From the NCBI RefSeq assembly GCF_001306055.1, contig NZ_LGHJ01000027.1, positions 1 through 32,000 on the forward strand: a stretch of 32,000 nucleotides of DNA, written 5' to 3'. Position 1 is the stretch's first letter. Each line of letters opens with the position of its first letter. This document shows, in pieces, positions 15,611-25,785 of this stretch. The translations under genes were made by a program, and so were the position numbers. Under the pieces are notes generated by a model. That model did no database searches. It was not told the origin of the DNA and saw only the letters and a program-made list of their open reading frames with translations. This DNA is from Bellilinea caldifistulae (GTDB taxonomy: Bacteria; Chloroflexota; Anaerolineae; Anaerolineales; Anaerolineaceae).

Positions 15611-18600
15611 GTCGCTCCCCCCACGGGGAGCGTGGATTGAAACATTGAAGCGTTGGAACAAGCAGAGGAAACTAGCCATGGTCGCTCCCCCCACGGGGAG
15701 CGTGGATTGAAACGCCTCTGGTGCGGAATTATCGAGATTGATGACAGGTCGCTCCCCCCACGGGGAGCGTGGATTGAAACTCGGTGGGAGGGTATTTGTA
15801 GACTTTGCTCCTCCGTCGCTCCCCCCACGGGGAGCGTGGATTGAAACACTGAGTGGCTCGGCCATTGGTCAACCGCTGGAGTCGCTCCCCCCACGGGGAG
15901 CGTGGATTGAAACAGGTGGTTGGCGAATTTGAGCGCATGTCTGCGACTCGTCGCTCCCCCCACGGGGAGCGTGGATTGAAACTCCTCAAAGACCTTGGAC
16001 GGAGACCGGATGCCCAAGGTCGCTCCCCCCACGGGGAGCGTGGATTGAAACTACATGGCTGATACTCAAGCGGAGTTGGACGCGGGTCGCTCCCCCCACG
16101 GGGAGCGTGGATTGAAACTCAATATATTTGTGACAAAAATAGAGATATTGTCAGTCGCTCCCCCCACGGGGAGCGTGGATTGAAACGGGGTGACGAAGGG
16201 CGGAACAGGGTAAATCTGTAACGTCGCTCCCCCCACGGGGAGCGTGGATTGAAACTTACATGTCCGCTAGATGCGGACGGTTTCGTAGCGTCGCTCCCCC
16301 CACGGGGAGCGTGGATTGAAACAAAGAACAATCACTTTGAACCCGAACGGTGCTTTGTCGCTCCCCCCACGGGGAGCGTGGATTGAAACCAGGCTGCGAG
16401 CCGGTCGCGCCAACTGTCTTGGCGCGTCGCTCCCCCCACGGGGAGCGTGGATTGAAACACGTGTTCTAGCCATGGTTTTACCTCTTTTGGATGTCGCTCC
16501 CCCCACGGGGAGCGTGGATTGAAACTCAACGAGAGTAGCGGTGTCGCTTTCCGCCAGCGATCGTCGCTCCCCCCACGGGGAGCGTGGATTGAAACCAGGC
16601 TGCGAGCCGGTCGCGCCAACTGTCTTGGCGGTCGCTCCCCCCACGGGGAGCGTGGATTGAAACTCAGCTGTAGTTGCGACTACCGTTAGGTTTTCCGGGT
16701 CGCTCCCCCCACGGGGAGCGTGGATTGAAACTACTCTAGCGTGCTTCCTACCTATATGCCTCCGGGTCGCTCCCCCCACGGGGAGCGTGGATTGAAACAA
16801 TAATTATATGGTTGAAAGTGTTTACGGTTATTTGTCGCTCCCCCCACGGGGAGCGTGGATTGAAACTTGGAGCAAACCGACCCAGCCATAAGAGCCGCTC
16901 AAGTCGCTCCCCCCACGGGGAGCGTGGATTGAAACCCAGAAGTAGATTTTGGGATCTCCAACTTTACCTCGTCGCTCCCCCCACGGGGAGCGTGGATTGA
17001 AACAGAAGTTTCTCTTCAATTCTTTCGATGAACCCCAGTCGCTCCCCCCACGGGGAGCGTGGATTGAAACACTCCATTAGCCGTTGTAAAATTACCGCCA
17101 GCGTGTCGCTCCCCCCACGGGGAGCGTGGATTGAAACTCGAGGCTTGCAAACGACTTGAAAAGAGGTTGAAATGGTCGCTCCCCCCACGGGGAGCGTGGA
17201 TTGAAACACTTCTTAAACCGCTTTGCCCACTTGCCCTCTTTGTCGCTCCCCCCACGGGGAGCGTGGATTGAAACCGTGCTGTCAAGTACTTTCTGCAACT
17301 TTTTAACTTGTCGCTCCCCCCACGGGGAGCGTGGATTGAAACAGGTGTGAGCAAATAATTCGCTCAACTTCCATCAGTCGCTCCCCCCACGGGGAGCGTG
17401 GATTGAAACCATGACGTGGTCGCTCACCGATAAAAATGCACTGTCGCTCCCCCCACGGGGAGCGTGGATTGAAACCCAAACGTCAACGCCGATCGTGGTT
17501 TTAGATAAGTGTCGCTCCCCCCACGGGGAGCGTGGATTGAAACTTGTTCTGCGGTCGTATCCGGTTGTTCGCCTTTGGTCGCTCCCCCCACGGGGAGCGT
17601 GGATTGAAACACGAGTAATACCAGCACGGAGGATGCAGGGAAAGTCGCTCCCCCCACGGGGAGCGTGGATTGAAACGATTTGCTCTGGCGTAACAACCTC
17701 TCCCGTGCTTGTCGCTCCCCCCACGGGGAGCGTGGATTGAAACCGGGAAGGAAGGCAAACTCGATTTTATTGGCGGCTTGTCGCTCCCCCCACGGGGAGC
17801 GTGGATTGAAACGCCTGCCTCCAATTCCCACACACCACCTGCAACGTGTCGCTCCCCCCACGGGGAGCGTGGATTGAAACAGACGCTGTGAGGTATGAGA
17901 TGGCTATCAAACTAGTCGCTCCCCCCACGGGGAGCGTGGATTGAAACTGCTTACAACGACCTGGTTGCTGAGAGCCGTGTCGGTCGCTCCCCCCACGGGG
18001 AGCGTGGATTGAAACTGGGTTCAATAGTACTGTCAGGTCTCTCGCAGTCGGTCGCTCCCCCCACGGGGAGCGTGGATTGAAACATCAATTAATACGATCG
18101 TCTCTACAGCCGAATATTGTCGCTCCCCCCACGGGGAGCGTGGATTGAAACTGTCACAAATATATTGAAAAGTGTATACTAATAATCGTCGCTCCCCCCA
18201 CGGGGAGCGTGGATTGAAACTGAGGGGATACTACCGGAATCGGAGGAAAGAACGGTGTCGCTCCCCCCACGGGGAGCGTGGATTGAAACTGTCGCCCCGC
18301 TGCCGGAGGACGGCGAGCGGTGGGTCGCTCCCCCCCACGGGGAGCGTGGATTGAAACGAGAAAATCAAAGCCGGACTGGTCGGCTCGTCAGAGTCGCTCC
18401 CCCCCACGGGGAGCGTGGATTGAAACGTGTAGAACGGCTCGAACTCAGCGATGTAATGGCGGTCGCTCCCCCCCACGGGGAGCGTGGATTGAAACTTTGA
18501 GAAGAACTTTTGCTACAAGACTTTTGACCGCCGTCGCTCCCCCCCACGGGGAGCGTGGATTGAAACCTGATGCCCGTGCGCGTACTGTGGAGCGCGCGGG

Positions 18601-21600
18601 GTCGCTCCCCCCCACGGGGAGCGTGGATTGAAACTTTCTTGCGTTTGCGTACACGCCCGATGCCGGGCGGTCGCTCCCCCCCACGGGGAGCGTGGATTGA
18701 AACAAACTTTTGCGCGAGATAACTACTGGAAAAGCGAGTCGCTCCCCCCCACGGGGAGCGTGGATTGAAACTTCTTGCGTTTGCGTACACGCCCGATGCC
18801 GGGCGGTCGCTCCCCCCCACGGGGAGCGTGGATTGAAACCCGGAAGTTGATCTCAACGAGTACTGGGATTATGTCGCTCCCCCCCACGGGGAGCGTGGAT
18901 TGAAACGCCCGTGTCGTGGGGCAGGCGTTCGGCCTGTGCGGTCGCTCCCCCCCACGGGGAGCGTGGATTGAAACGTCATTGTCATGGCGTTCGTGGTCAT
19001 CCCGCTGGGGTCGCTCCCCCCCACGGGGAGCGTGGATTGAAACACCGCACGCTCACGGTTATCGCCCATCGCCCAAGGTCGCTCCCCCCCACGGGGAGCG
19101 TGGATTGAAACGTCAGAAAAGGAACGCTATGCGTTCCTCATGCCGGTCGCTCCCCCCCACGGGGAGCGTGGATTGAAACTGAATTACCGGAGGAATTACT
19201 GCAAACACGAAGGGTCGCTCCCCCCCACGGGGAGCGTGGATTGAAACCGTAAACTCGCGGCTGCTCATGCGCGCCAGTCCGGGTCGCTCCCCCCCACGGG
19301 GAGCGTGGATTGAAACGCTCATTGCTTGCGCTCGCGGTAACCTCTGCGCGCGGTCGCTCCCCCCCACGGGGAGCGTGGATTGAAACTTCCGAAAGTCGCC
19401 AGACGGTCGTATCTCGTGCCGGGTCGCTCCCCCCCACGGGGAGCGTGGATTGAAACGCATTGATGCAGTGTCCATACCTCGATCCGCGACCGTCGCTCCC
19501 CCCCACGGGGAGCGTGGATTGAAACACGGTAGACCGGGTGGACATCGTTGGTGTGGTCAGTCGCTCCCCCCCACGGGGAGCGTGGATTGAAACGGTTGCG
19601 GGTGGCGTCACAACACGGACGTTCATTGTCGCTCCCCCCCACGGGGAGCGTGGATTGAAACACTAGACCCTCCCGCGATAAAACATAGCCCTCGCGTCGC
19701 TCCCCCCCACGGGGAGCGTGGATTGAAACGGATGGATAGATACCCATTGTCGTATTCCAATGCGTCGCTCCCCCCCACGGGGAGCGTGGATTGAAACACG
19801 TCAAATCAGGAAAGCGAGGCCAGATGCGATGTCGCTCCCCCCCACGGGGAGCGTGGATTGAAACGAGCCGCTGGGTCGCGATACGGACAGCCTGGACGTC
19901 GCTCCCCCCCACGGGGAGCGTGGATTGAAACGGCGATATAAAACGACTTGCGGACATAATCCCAGTGTCGCTCCCCCCCACGGGGAGCGTGGATTGAAAC
20001 TGCGCACTGCGTTAATCGTTTTTTTGCGCACGGTTGTCGCTCCCCCCCACGGGGAGCGTGGATTGAAACCACCCAATGGGTGGTGCATGACGGATATTCG
20101 CGGGTGTCGCTCCCCCCCACGGGGAGCGTGGATTGAAACATCCTCCTGCTGTGCCGCAGCCAGTAGCAGCGACCGTCGCTCCCCCCCACGGGGAGCGTGG
20201 ATTGAAACTGGATCGTCATCTACTGCCTCGTCAATCTCGCGGGTCGCTCCCCCCCACGGGGAGCGTGGATTGAAACGTAGGAGTCTATCATTGATAAGGC
20301 TTCAACGGCGGTTTGTCGCTCCCCCCCACGGGGAGCGTGGATTGAAACTTCGTAGTACCGCCGCGCGTCATCGTAGATTTTCGTCGCTCCCCCCCACGGG
20401 GAGCGTGGATTGAAACCCCGCCGGATCAACCGCCGCGACCAGGTTGTCCGGTCGCTCCCCCCCACGGGGAGCGTGGATTGAAACGTCCAAGGCCAGGTTG
20501 GTGGCCATCACGGTCAGCGTCGCTCCCCCCCACGGGGAGCGTGGATTGAAACAATTTGATATTGAATCAGACTTTACCCCCCAAATGTCGCTCCCCCCCA
20601 CGGGGAGCGTGGATTGAAACTACGAAAAGAACATTTAACAATTTCGAGTCATCGGTCGCTCCCCCCCACGGGGAGCGTGGATTGAAACCCGTTGTCGCGA
20701 AGCAAGATGAGCATGGTCTCGTCGCTCCCCCCCACGGGGAGCGTGGATTGAAACGGAAACGGCGCGAGGCGCACGGCGTCAGCCGCTCGTCGCTCCCCCC
20801 CACGGGGAGCGTGGATTGAAACTGGATGGTAATCGTAATAATCCATCGCCTCGTAAAGTCGCTCCCCCCACGGGGAGCGTGGATTGAAACGGAACGTTGT
20901 AATCGAGCATGATTACAACTTCCACGTCGCTCCCCCCACGGGGAGCGTGGATTGAAACAGGTATAGCGGTTCGTTGTATTCAATCTTTGTTCGTGTCGCT
21001 CCCCCCACGGGGAGCGTGGATTGAAACGAATCCGAACGGCGCTTTGGCCGCCGGTTCTTTGTCGCTCCCCCCACGGGGAGCGTGGATTGAAACCAACCTA
21101 TCCCGCCAGGACAGGCGGGACGCCTGGGTCGCTCCCCCCACGGGGAGCGTGGATTGAAACACATCGTTGCTGGTGACTGACGTCACCGAATCGCGTCGCT
21201 CCCCCCACGGGGAGCGTGGATTGAAACTTTTAACTATATTTTTATATCTTTCTGGCAAACGGGTCGCTCCCCCCACGGGGAGCGTGGATTGAAACAGCCA
21301 TTGCCAGTCTCCAAGTCAACTTCGTCCAGCGTCGCTCCCCCCATGGGGAGCGTGGATTGAAACCATAATGCAAGAAGTTTTACCCGAAAATCTTTTGTCG
21401 CTCCCCCCACGGGGAGCGTGGATTGAAACGTTTCGGTCCCGCTTTGTTGTTCCGGAGATGTCCGTCGCTCCCCCCACGGGGAGCGTGGATTGAAACTTCG
21501 GCAATCTAAAAGAAATGCTTTGGCCAACCCTGTCGCTCCCCCCACGGGGAGCGTGGATTGAAACGCGAATATGAGAAGATGTATCTCATGCGCTGGGAGT

Positions 21601-23996
21601 CGCTCCCCCCACGGGGAGCGTGGATTGAAACGGTCACGAAATAGAAGAGTTTATGACACTCATTGCAGTCGCTCCCCCCACGGGGAGCGTGGATTGAAAC
21701 AAGACCTAAACGAACTTGGTCTTATTGGCTCTTATGTCGCTCCCCCCACGGGGAGCGTGGATTGAAACAATCTCGAAGTTGGACAGCAGGAAATGTACAC
21801 CTGTCGCTCCCCCCACGGGGAGCGTGGATTGAAACAAGTCGCTGAAAGTTGTCGCCGACTTGTATCTTGGGTCGCTCCCCCCACGGGGAGCGTGGATTGA
21901 AACCTCCACCTCACCGAATTCCTCGATCAATTCGGGTGTCGCTCCCCCCACGGGGAGCGTGGATTGAAACGCTCCCCAATGCTCTTGCGTCAGGCGTCCC
22001 GCCAGGTCGCTCCCCCCACGGGGAGCGTGGATTGAAACCCAGTGGTAGCGAAAACTATAACGAAATTATTACCGGCGTCGCTCCCCCCACGGGGAGCGTG
22101 GATTGAAACAGGATTGCGGCGATGTTGGACGATTGTAGTTTGGTCGCTCCCCCCACGGGGAGCGTGGATTGAAACGCCTTCGAGCCTTTCCGCGATTGAC
22201 GACAGGCTGGTCGCTCCCCCCACGGGGAGCGTGGATTGAAACCAAGATCACGCTGCCCCAGAATCTCACAATTACGTCGCTCCCCCCACGGGGAGCGTGG
22301 ATTGAAACACAAATAGAACGCTTATAATTGTACTGTAAAATAGGTCGCTCCCCCCACGGGGAGCGTGGATTGAAACGGTGTTTCGGGCAGTAAGACCGCA
22401 GAGGCCCAAAAGTCGCTCCCCCCACGGGGAGCGTGGATTGAAACCGGCATACTGGTCGGCATACTGGTACTGGTCGGCGGTCGCTCCCCCCACGGGGAGC
22501 GTGGATTGAAACTCCCGCTTTTCGGCAACCTGCATGAGATACCAGTCGTCGCTCCCCCCACGGGGAGCGTGGATTGAAACATTGAAAAACCACATTAAAA
22601 TATCAGATAACTTAGTCGCTCCCCCCACGGGGAGCGTGGATTGAAACACCTCACTCAACTCCTCTATCACGAAGGATTCTTGGCGCTCCCCCCACGGGGA
22701 GCGTGGATTGAAACTCTGTCTGTCTGTCTGGCTGGCTTGCCTGTTGCCGTCGCTCCCCCCACGGGGAGCGTGGATTGAAACACTTTCGCTCAGCACGCGG
22801 ATACACGCGAATACGTCGCTCCCCCCACGGGGAGCGTGGATTGAAACCAGTAGGGGTTTTTGTTCCAGTTAAAAATCTCAAGTCGCTCCCCCCACGGGGA
22901 GCGTGGATTGAAACTCCGTTTTCGGCAAAACAGCTTTTTCTCGCGGCGTCGCTCCCCCCACGGGGAGCGTGGATTGAAACACTTTCGCTCAGCACGCGGA
23001 TACACGCGAATACGTCGCTCCCCCCACGGGGAGCGTGGATTGAAACCAGTAGGGGTTTTTGTTCCAGTTAAAAATCTCAAGTCGCTCCCCCCACGGGGAG
23101 CGTGGATTGAAACTTCGAGATTGCCAAATTTCAGTTTATCGTAGCTGTGTCGCTCCCCCCACGGGGAGCGTGGATTGAAACTCATCCTCATTGATGGCAA
23201 CCAAGCGGCGCGCTGTCGCTCCCCCCACGGGGAGCGTGGATTGAAACGCTACGCTCATTTATCCTCAAGTCCAGACTGCTTGTCGCTCCCCCCACGGGGA
23301 GCGTGGATTGAAACGAGTAATCTAAGTTTAGATCATTGCAGACTCTACGTCGCTCCCCCCACGGGGAGCGTGGATTGAAACGCTCGTAATCGTATGCTCC
23401 GCGTCCAGCCGAATGGTCGCTCCCCCCACGGGGAGCGTGGATTGAAACTTATTTGCTTGTTAAAAATATTGGGCTTAATGATGGTCGCTCCCCCCACGGG
23501 GAGCGTGGATTGAAACTGTTAAGGGGATTCTCACCCCTTTAACATATATTTGTCGCTCCCCCCACGGGGAGCGTGGATTGAAACTATTTTGTTAATAGTA
23601 AAACCTTACAAAACCCTAGTCGCTCCCCCCACGGGGAGCGTGGATTGAAACCCATATATTTGAAATTACGTGTATCGGGTTGGGGCGTCGCTCCCCCCAC
23701 GGGGAGCGTGGATTGAAACAATCATCTTTACGATTATACACCTAGTACACGTTTATCGTCGCTCCCCCCACGGGGAGCGTGGATTGAAACATCCCCTCTA
23801 TCCTTTTTGTAATTCTTTCAATCAGTGTCGCTCCCCCCACGGGGAGCGTGGATTGAAACGGGCTTGCAGACGCTGGAAATCTCTTTTTCGATGGTCGCTC
23901 CCCCCACGGGGAGCGTGGATTGAAACCCCCCTCTGATACTGAAAATTGTAATCATGCTCAACAGTCGCTCCCCCCACGGGGAGCGTGGATTGAAAC
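15611..23996 (+). CRISPR. Type I-C CRISPR array, 124 repeats / 123 spacers; consensus GTCGCTCCCCCCACGGGGAGCGTGGATTGAAAC
   Basis: All repeat starts were located by hand. Repeats are 33 or 34 nt and spacers are 32-38 nt. The repeat has a GCTCCCC/GGGGAGC hairpin and the I-C-typical 3' GGATTGAAAC. Repeats 1-40 have a C6 run, 41-77 a C7 run, and 78-124 a C6 run. Confidence 0.98.
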
Positions 23997-24068
23997 GGGT
24001 TTCAAAAACTCTAGGGCCTGTATGCAAACCAATTTATCATTGGTCTCATGGTATATAGATGTGAACTA

Positions 24069-24652
24069 ATGAACGAACAATGGGAACGAATTGAACCATT
24101 ACTGCCACCGCAGAAACCAAAAGCCAGGTGACCGGCACACGAGCATCGAACTGTTCTCCATGGGATACTCTGGATTGTACGGACTGGAGCGCCCTGGCGA
24201 GATTTCCCAGAACGATATGGGAAATGGATAACAGTGTACAGCCGCTTTCAGCGCTGGCGTAAAAAGGGAGTAGGGAAGAAAGTTCTGGCTGAACCGCAAA
24301 CTCTGGCAGATCAACAGGGTGAACTGAGTTGGCAAATCCATCTGGAACAAGGTGCAGTTTTTCCTAGAACAACTGGACGGAAACCTTTGTATCCCAAACG
24401 ATTAATTTCCGATAAAGGATACACCAGCCGTAAGTTCCGTTCATCATTTGGGAAAACACCATATTGCAGTGACCATCCCGCACAAGGAAAAAGAGCGCCA
24501 TAAAGGTGTCTTCGACAAAGCATTGTATCAAACACGAAACCGGGGAGAAGGATTATTTGAACGTTTAAAGCAGTTGCATCGAATTGCTACACGGTAGAAA
24601 AAAAGAGGAGAAAACTTCGCTGCTATTTTCCTTTGGTCACAATTTGCATACA
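24069..24652 (+). mobile_element. Decayed IS5-family (IS427/IS1031-like) transposase remnant (pseudogene)
   Basis: Translation gives MNEQWERIEPLLPPQKPKAR-TGA-PAHEHRTVLHGILWIVRTGAPWRDFPERYGKWITVYSRFQRWRKKG, the DUF4096-type N-terminus. After a frameshift near 24460-24480 it gives HHIAVTIPHKEKERHKGVFDKALYQTRNRGEGLFERLKQLHRIATR-TAG-KKRGENFAAIF, the family C-terminus. The central DDE segment is mostly missing. Terminal inverted repeats were not identified. Confidence 0.7.
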
Positions 24653-24942
24653 GACCCTCGACTATCCCTCAGGGACACGTTGGAATGCTTGTTTTACCAA
24701 ATCCAAGTTTACACCAAGGAGCCCCTTATTCCAAACTCACGTTACTTAAGTTTATCCGCTGCAAGTATATAAAGATTATGTCAAAACCCGCTCTCACTTG
24801 CAGGACTAACAGCAGAAGATTGGCAGGTTGTAGAACAGTAAAGAAACGAGTTTGGGATAAAAAGATATCCCTTTGGGCTCATGGCAAAAATGACTTTCTA
24901 CTGCCCTCGCAGTCCTAATTAAGTTTGGATGAATTAAACTGC

Positions 24943-25683
24943 CTACGCAACCAGCGTTAATCGGTACTGATAGCGGTCGGCGCGATAAATGAACTGAACA
25001 TACTCCACGCAGACATTGCGCATGTCGTACGTAACCCGGTCTGCCACAAGAAGCGGACGGCCGGTTTTGATGTTCAATAATTCCGCTTCCCGTTTGGTGG
25101 CGTTTCTGGCAATCAACAACTCGCTGGCGTGGGCCAGTTTAATCCCTTTGCGGCTTAACAACTCGTAATACGATTGCAGTTTGATCAATTCTTCGGGGTC
25201 AACTTTCAGCCAGGGAGGGATGTAAAGATATTGCAGCCCAATCGGTTCGTTATTGGCAAAACGCAATCGCCGAACACACCAGACCGGCACTTTTGCCGAT
25301 AGCCCAAGATGATTCATAACCTGCGCATCTGGCAGAATATTTTCAACCTCTAAAGTTTTAGAACCGGGTTTCAAGCCCCTTGACCGCATATCCTCGCTGA
25401 AACTGGTCAGCTTGATGATCTCCGGCTCGATCTTTTTTGCCTTGACAAAAGTGCCCACCCCCTGCCTGCGTTCAATCAGTCCTTCCATTTCCAACTCACC
25501 CAGCGCTTGCCGAATGGTTGCCCGGCTTACGTTGAACATTTGCATCAGTGCATATTCAGAAGGCAGTAATTCACCGCTAGCCAATCTGCCTTCCCGAATT
25601 TGCTCCGCAATCACATTTTTGATCTGAAAATACAAAGGCACATGATCAGATTGATTGAGAGGGGGAAGCAATGAGTTAAGCAT
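24943..25683 (-). CDS. GntR/HutC-family transcriptional regulator (wHTH + UTRA domain)
   Basis: ORF 24943..25845 trimmed to the ATG at 25681-25683 (MLNSLLPPLNQSDHVPLYFQIKN), which removes the overlap with the divergent kinase gene. HTH segment LPSEYALMQMFNVSRATIRQALGELEMEGLIERRQGVGTFV. Confidence 0.8.
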   Translation of the reverse strand: MLNSLLPPLNQSDHVPLYFQIKNVIAEQIREGRLASGELLPSEYALMQMFNVSRATIRQALGELEMEGLIERRQGVGTFVKAKKIEPEIIKLTSFSEDMRSRGLKPGSKTLEVENILPDAQVMNHLGLSAKVPVWCVRRLRFANNEPIGLQYLYIPPWLKVDPEELIKLQSYYELLSRKGIKLAHASELLIARNATKREAELLNIKTGRPLLVADRVTYDMRNVCVEYVQFIYRADRYQYRLTLVA

Positions 25684-25785
25684 ACAAGTTGTCCTGTTGT
25701 CCGGTTGACCGTATAAGTTGAACTCCTTAAAATCATAACTAACTCGTATCGATTCGTCAACACAATTCCGCGGACCAATTTTTTT

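Noticed and set aside
17410-17442. Spacers that contain GTCGCT(C) (for example spacer 27 and spacer 92) as possible degenerate repeats or mis-split units.
   Set aside because: The similarity is limited to 6-7 nt, and the unit lengths on both sides are normal. This is coincidence.
15611-23996. Self-targeting spacers that match the integrase, the IS remnant or the cas genes within this window.
   Set aside because: I saw no match by eye, but a manual scan of 123 spacers against 32 kb is unreliable. This needs a computational search and is not claimed either way.
15541-24027. Dozens of 60-220-aa ORFs on both strands across the array, with recurring peptides such as SPHGERGLK, STLPVGGAT and SIHAPRGGSD.
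   Set aside because: These are translations of the CRISPR repeat in different frames. The periodic identical peptides separated by unrelated spacer-derived residues are an artefact, not a repeat protein.
24685-24918. 77-aa ORF between the IS remnant and the GntR gene.
   Set aside because: It has no RBS, no recognisable motif and a basic low-complexity composition. It is probably non-coding DNA at the junction between the island and the chromosome.
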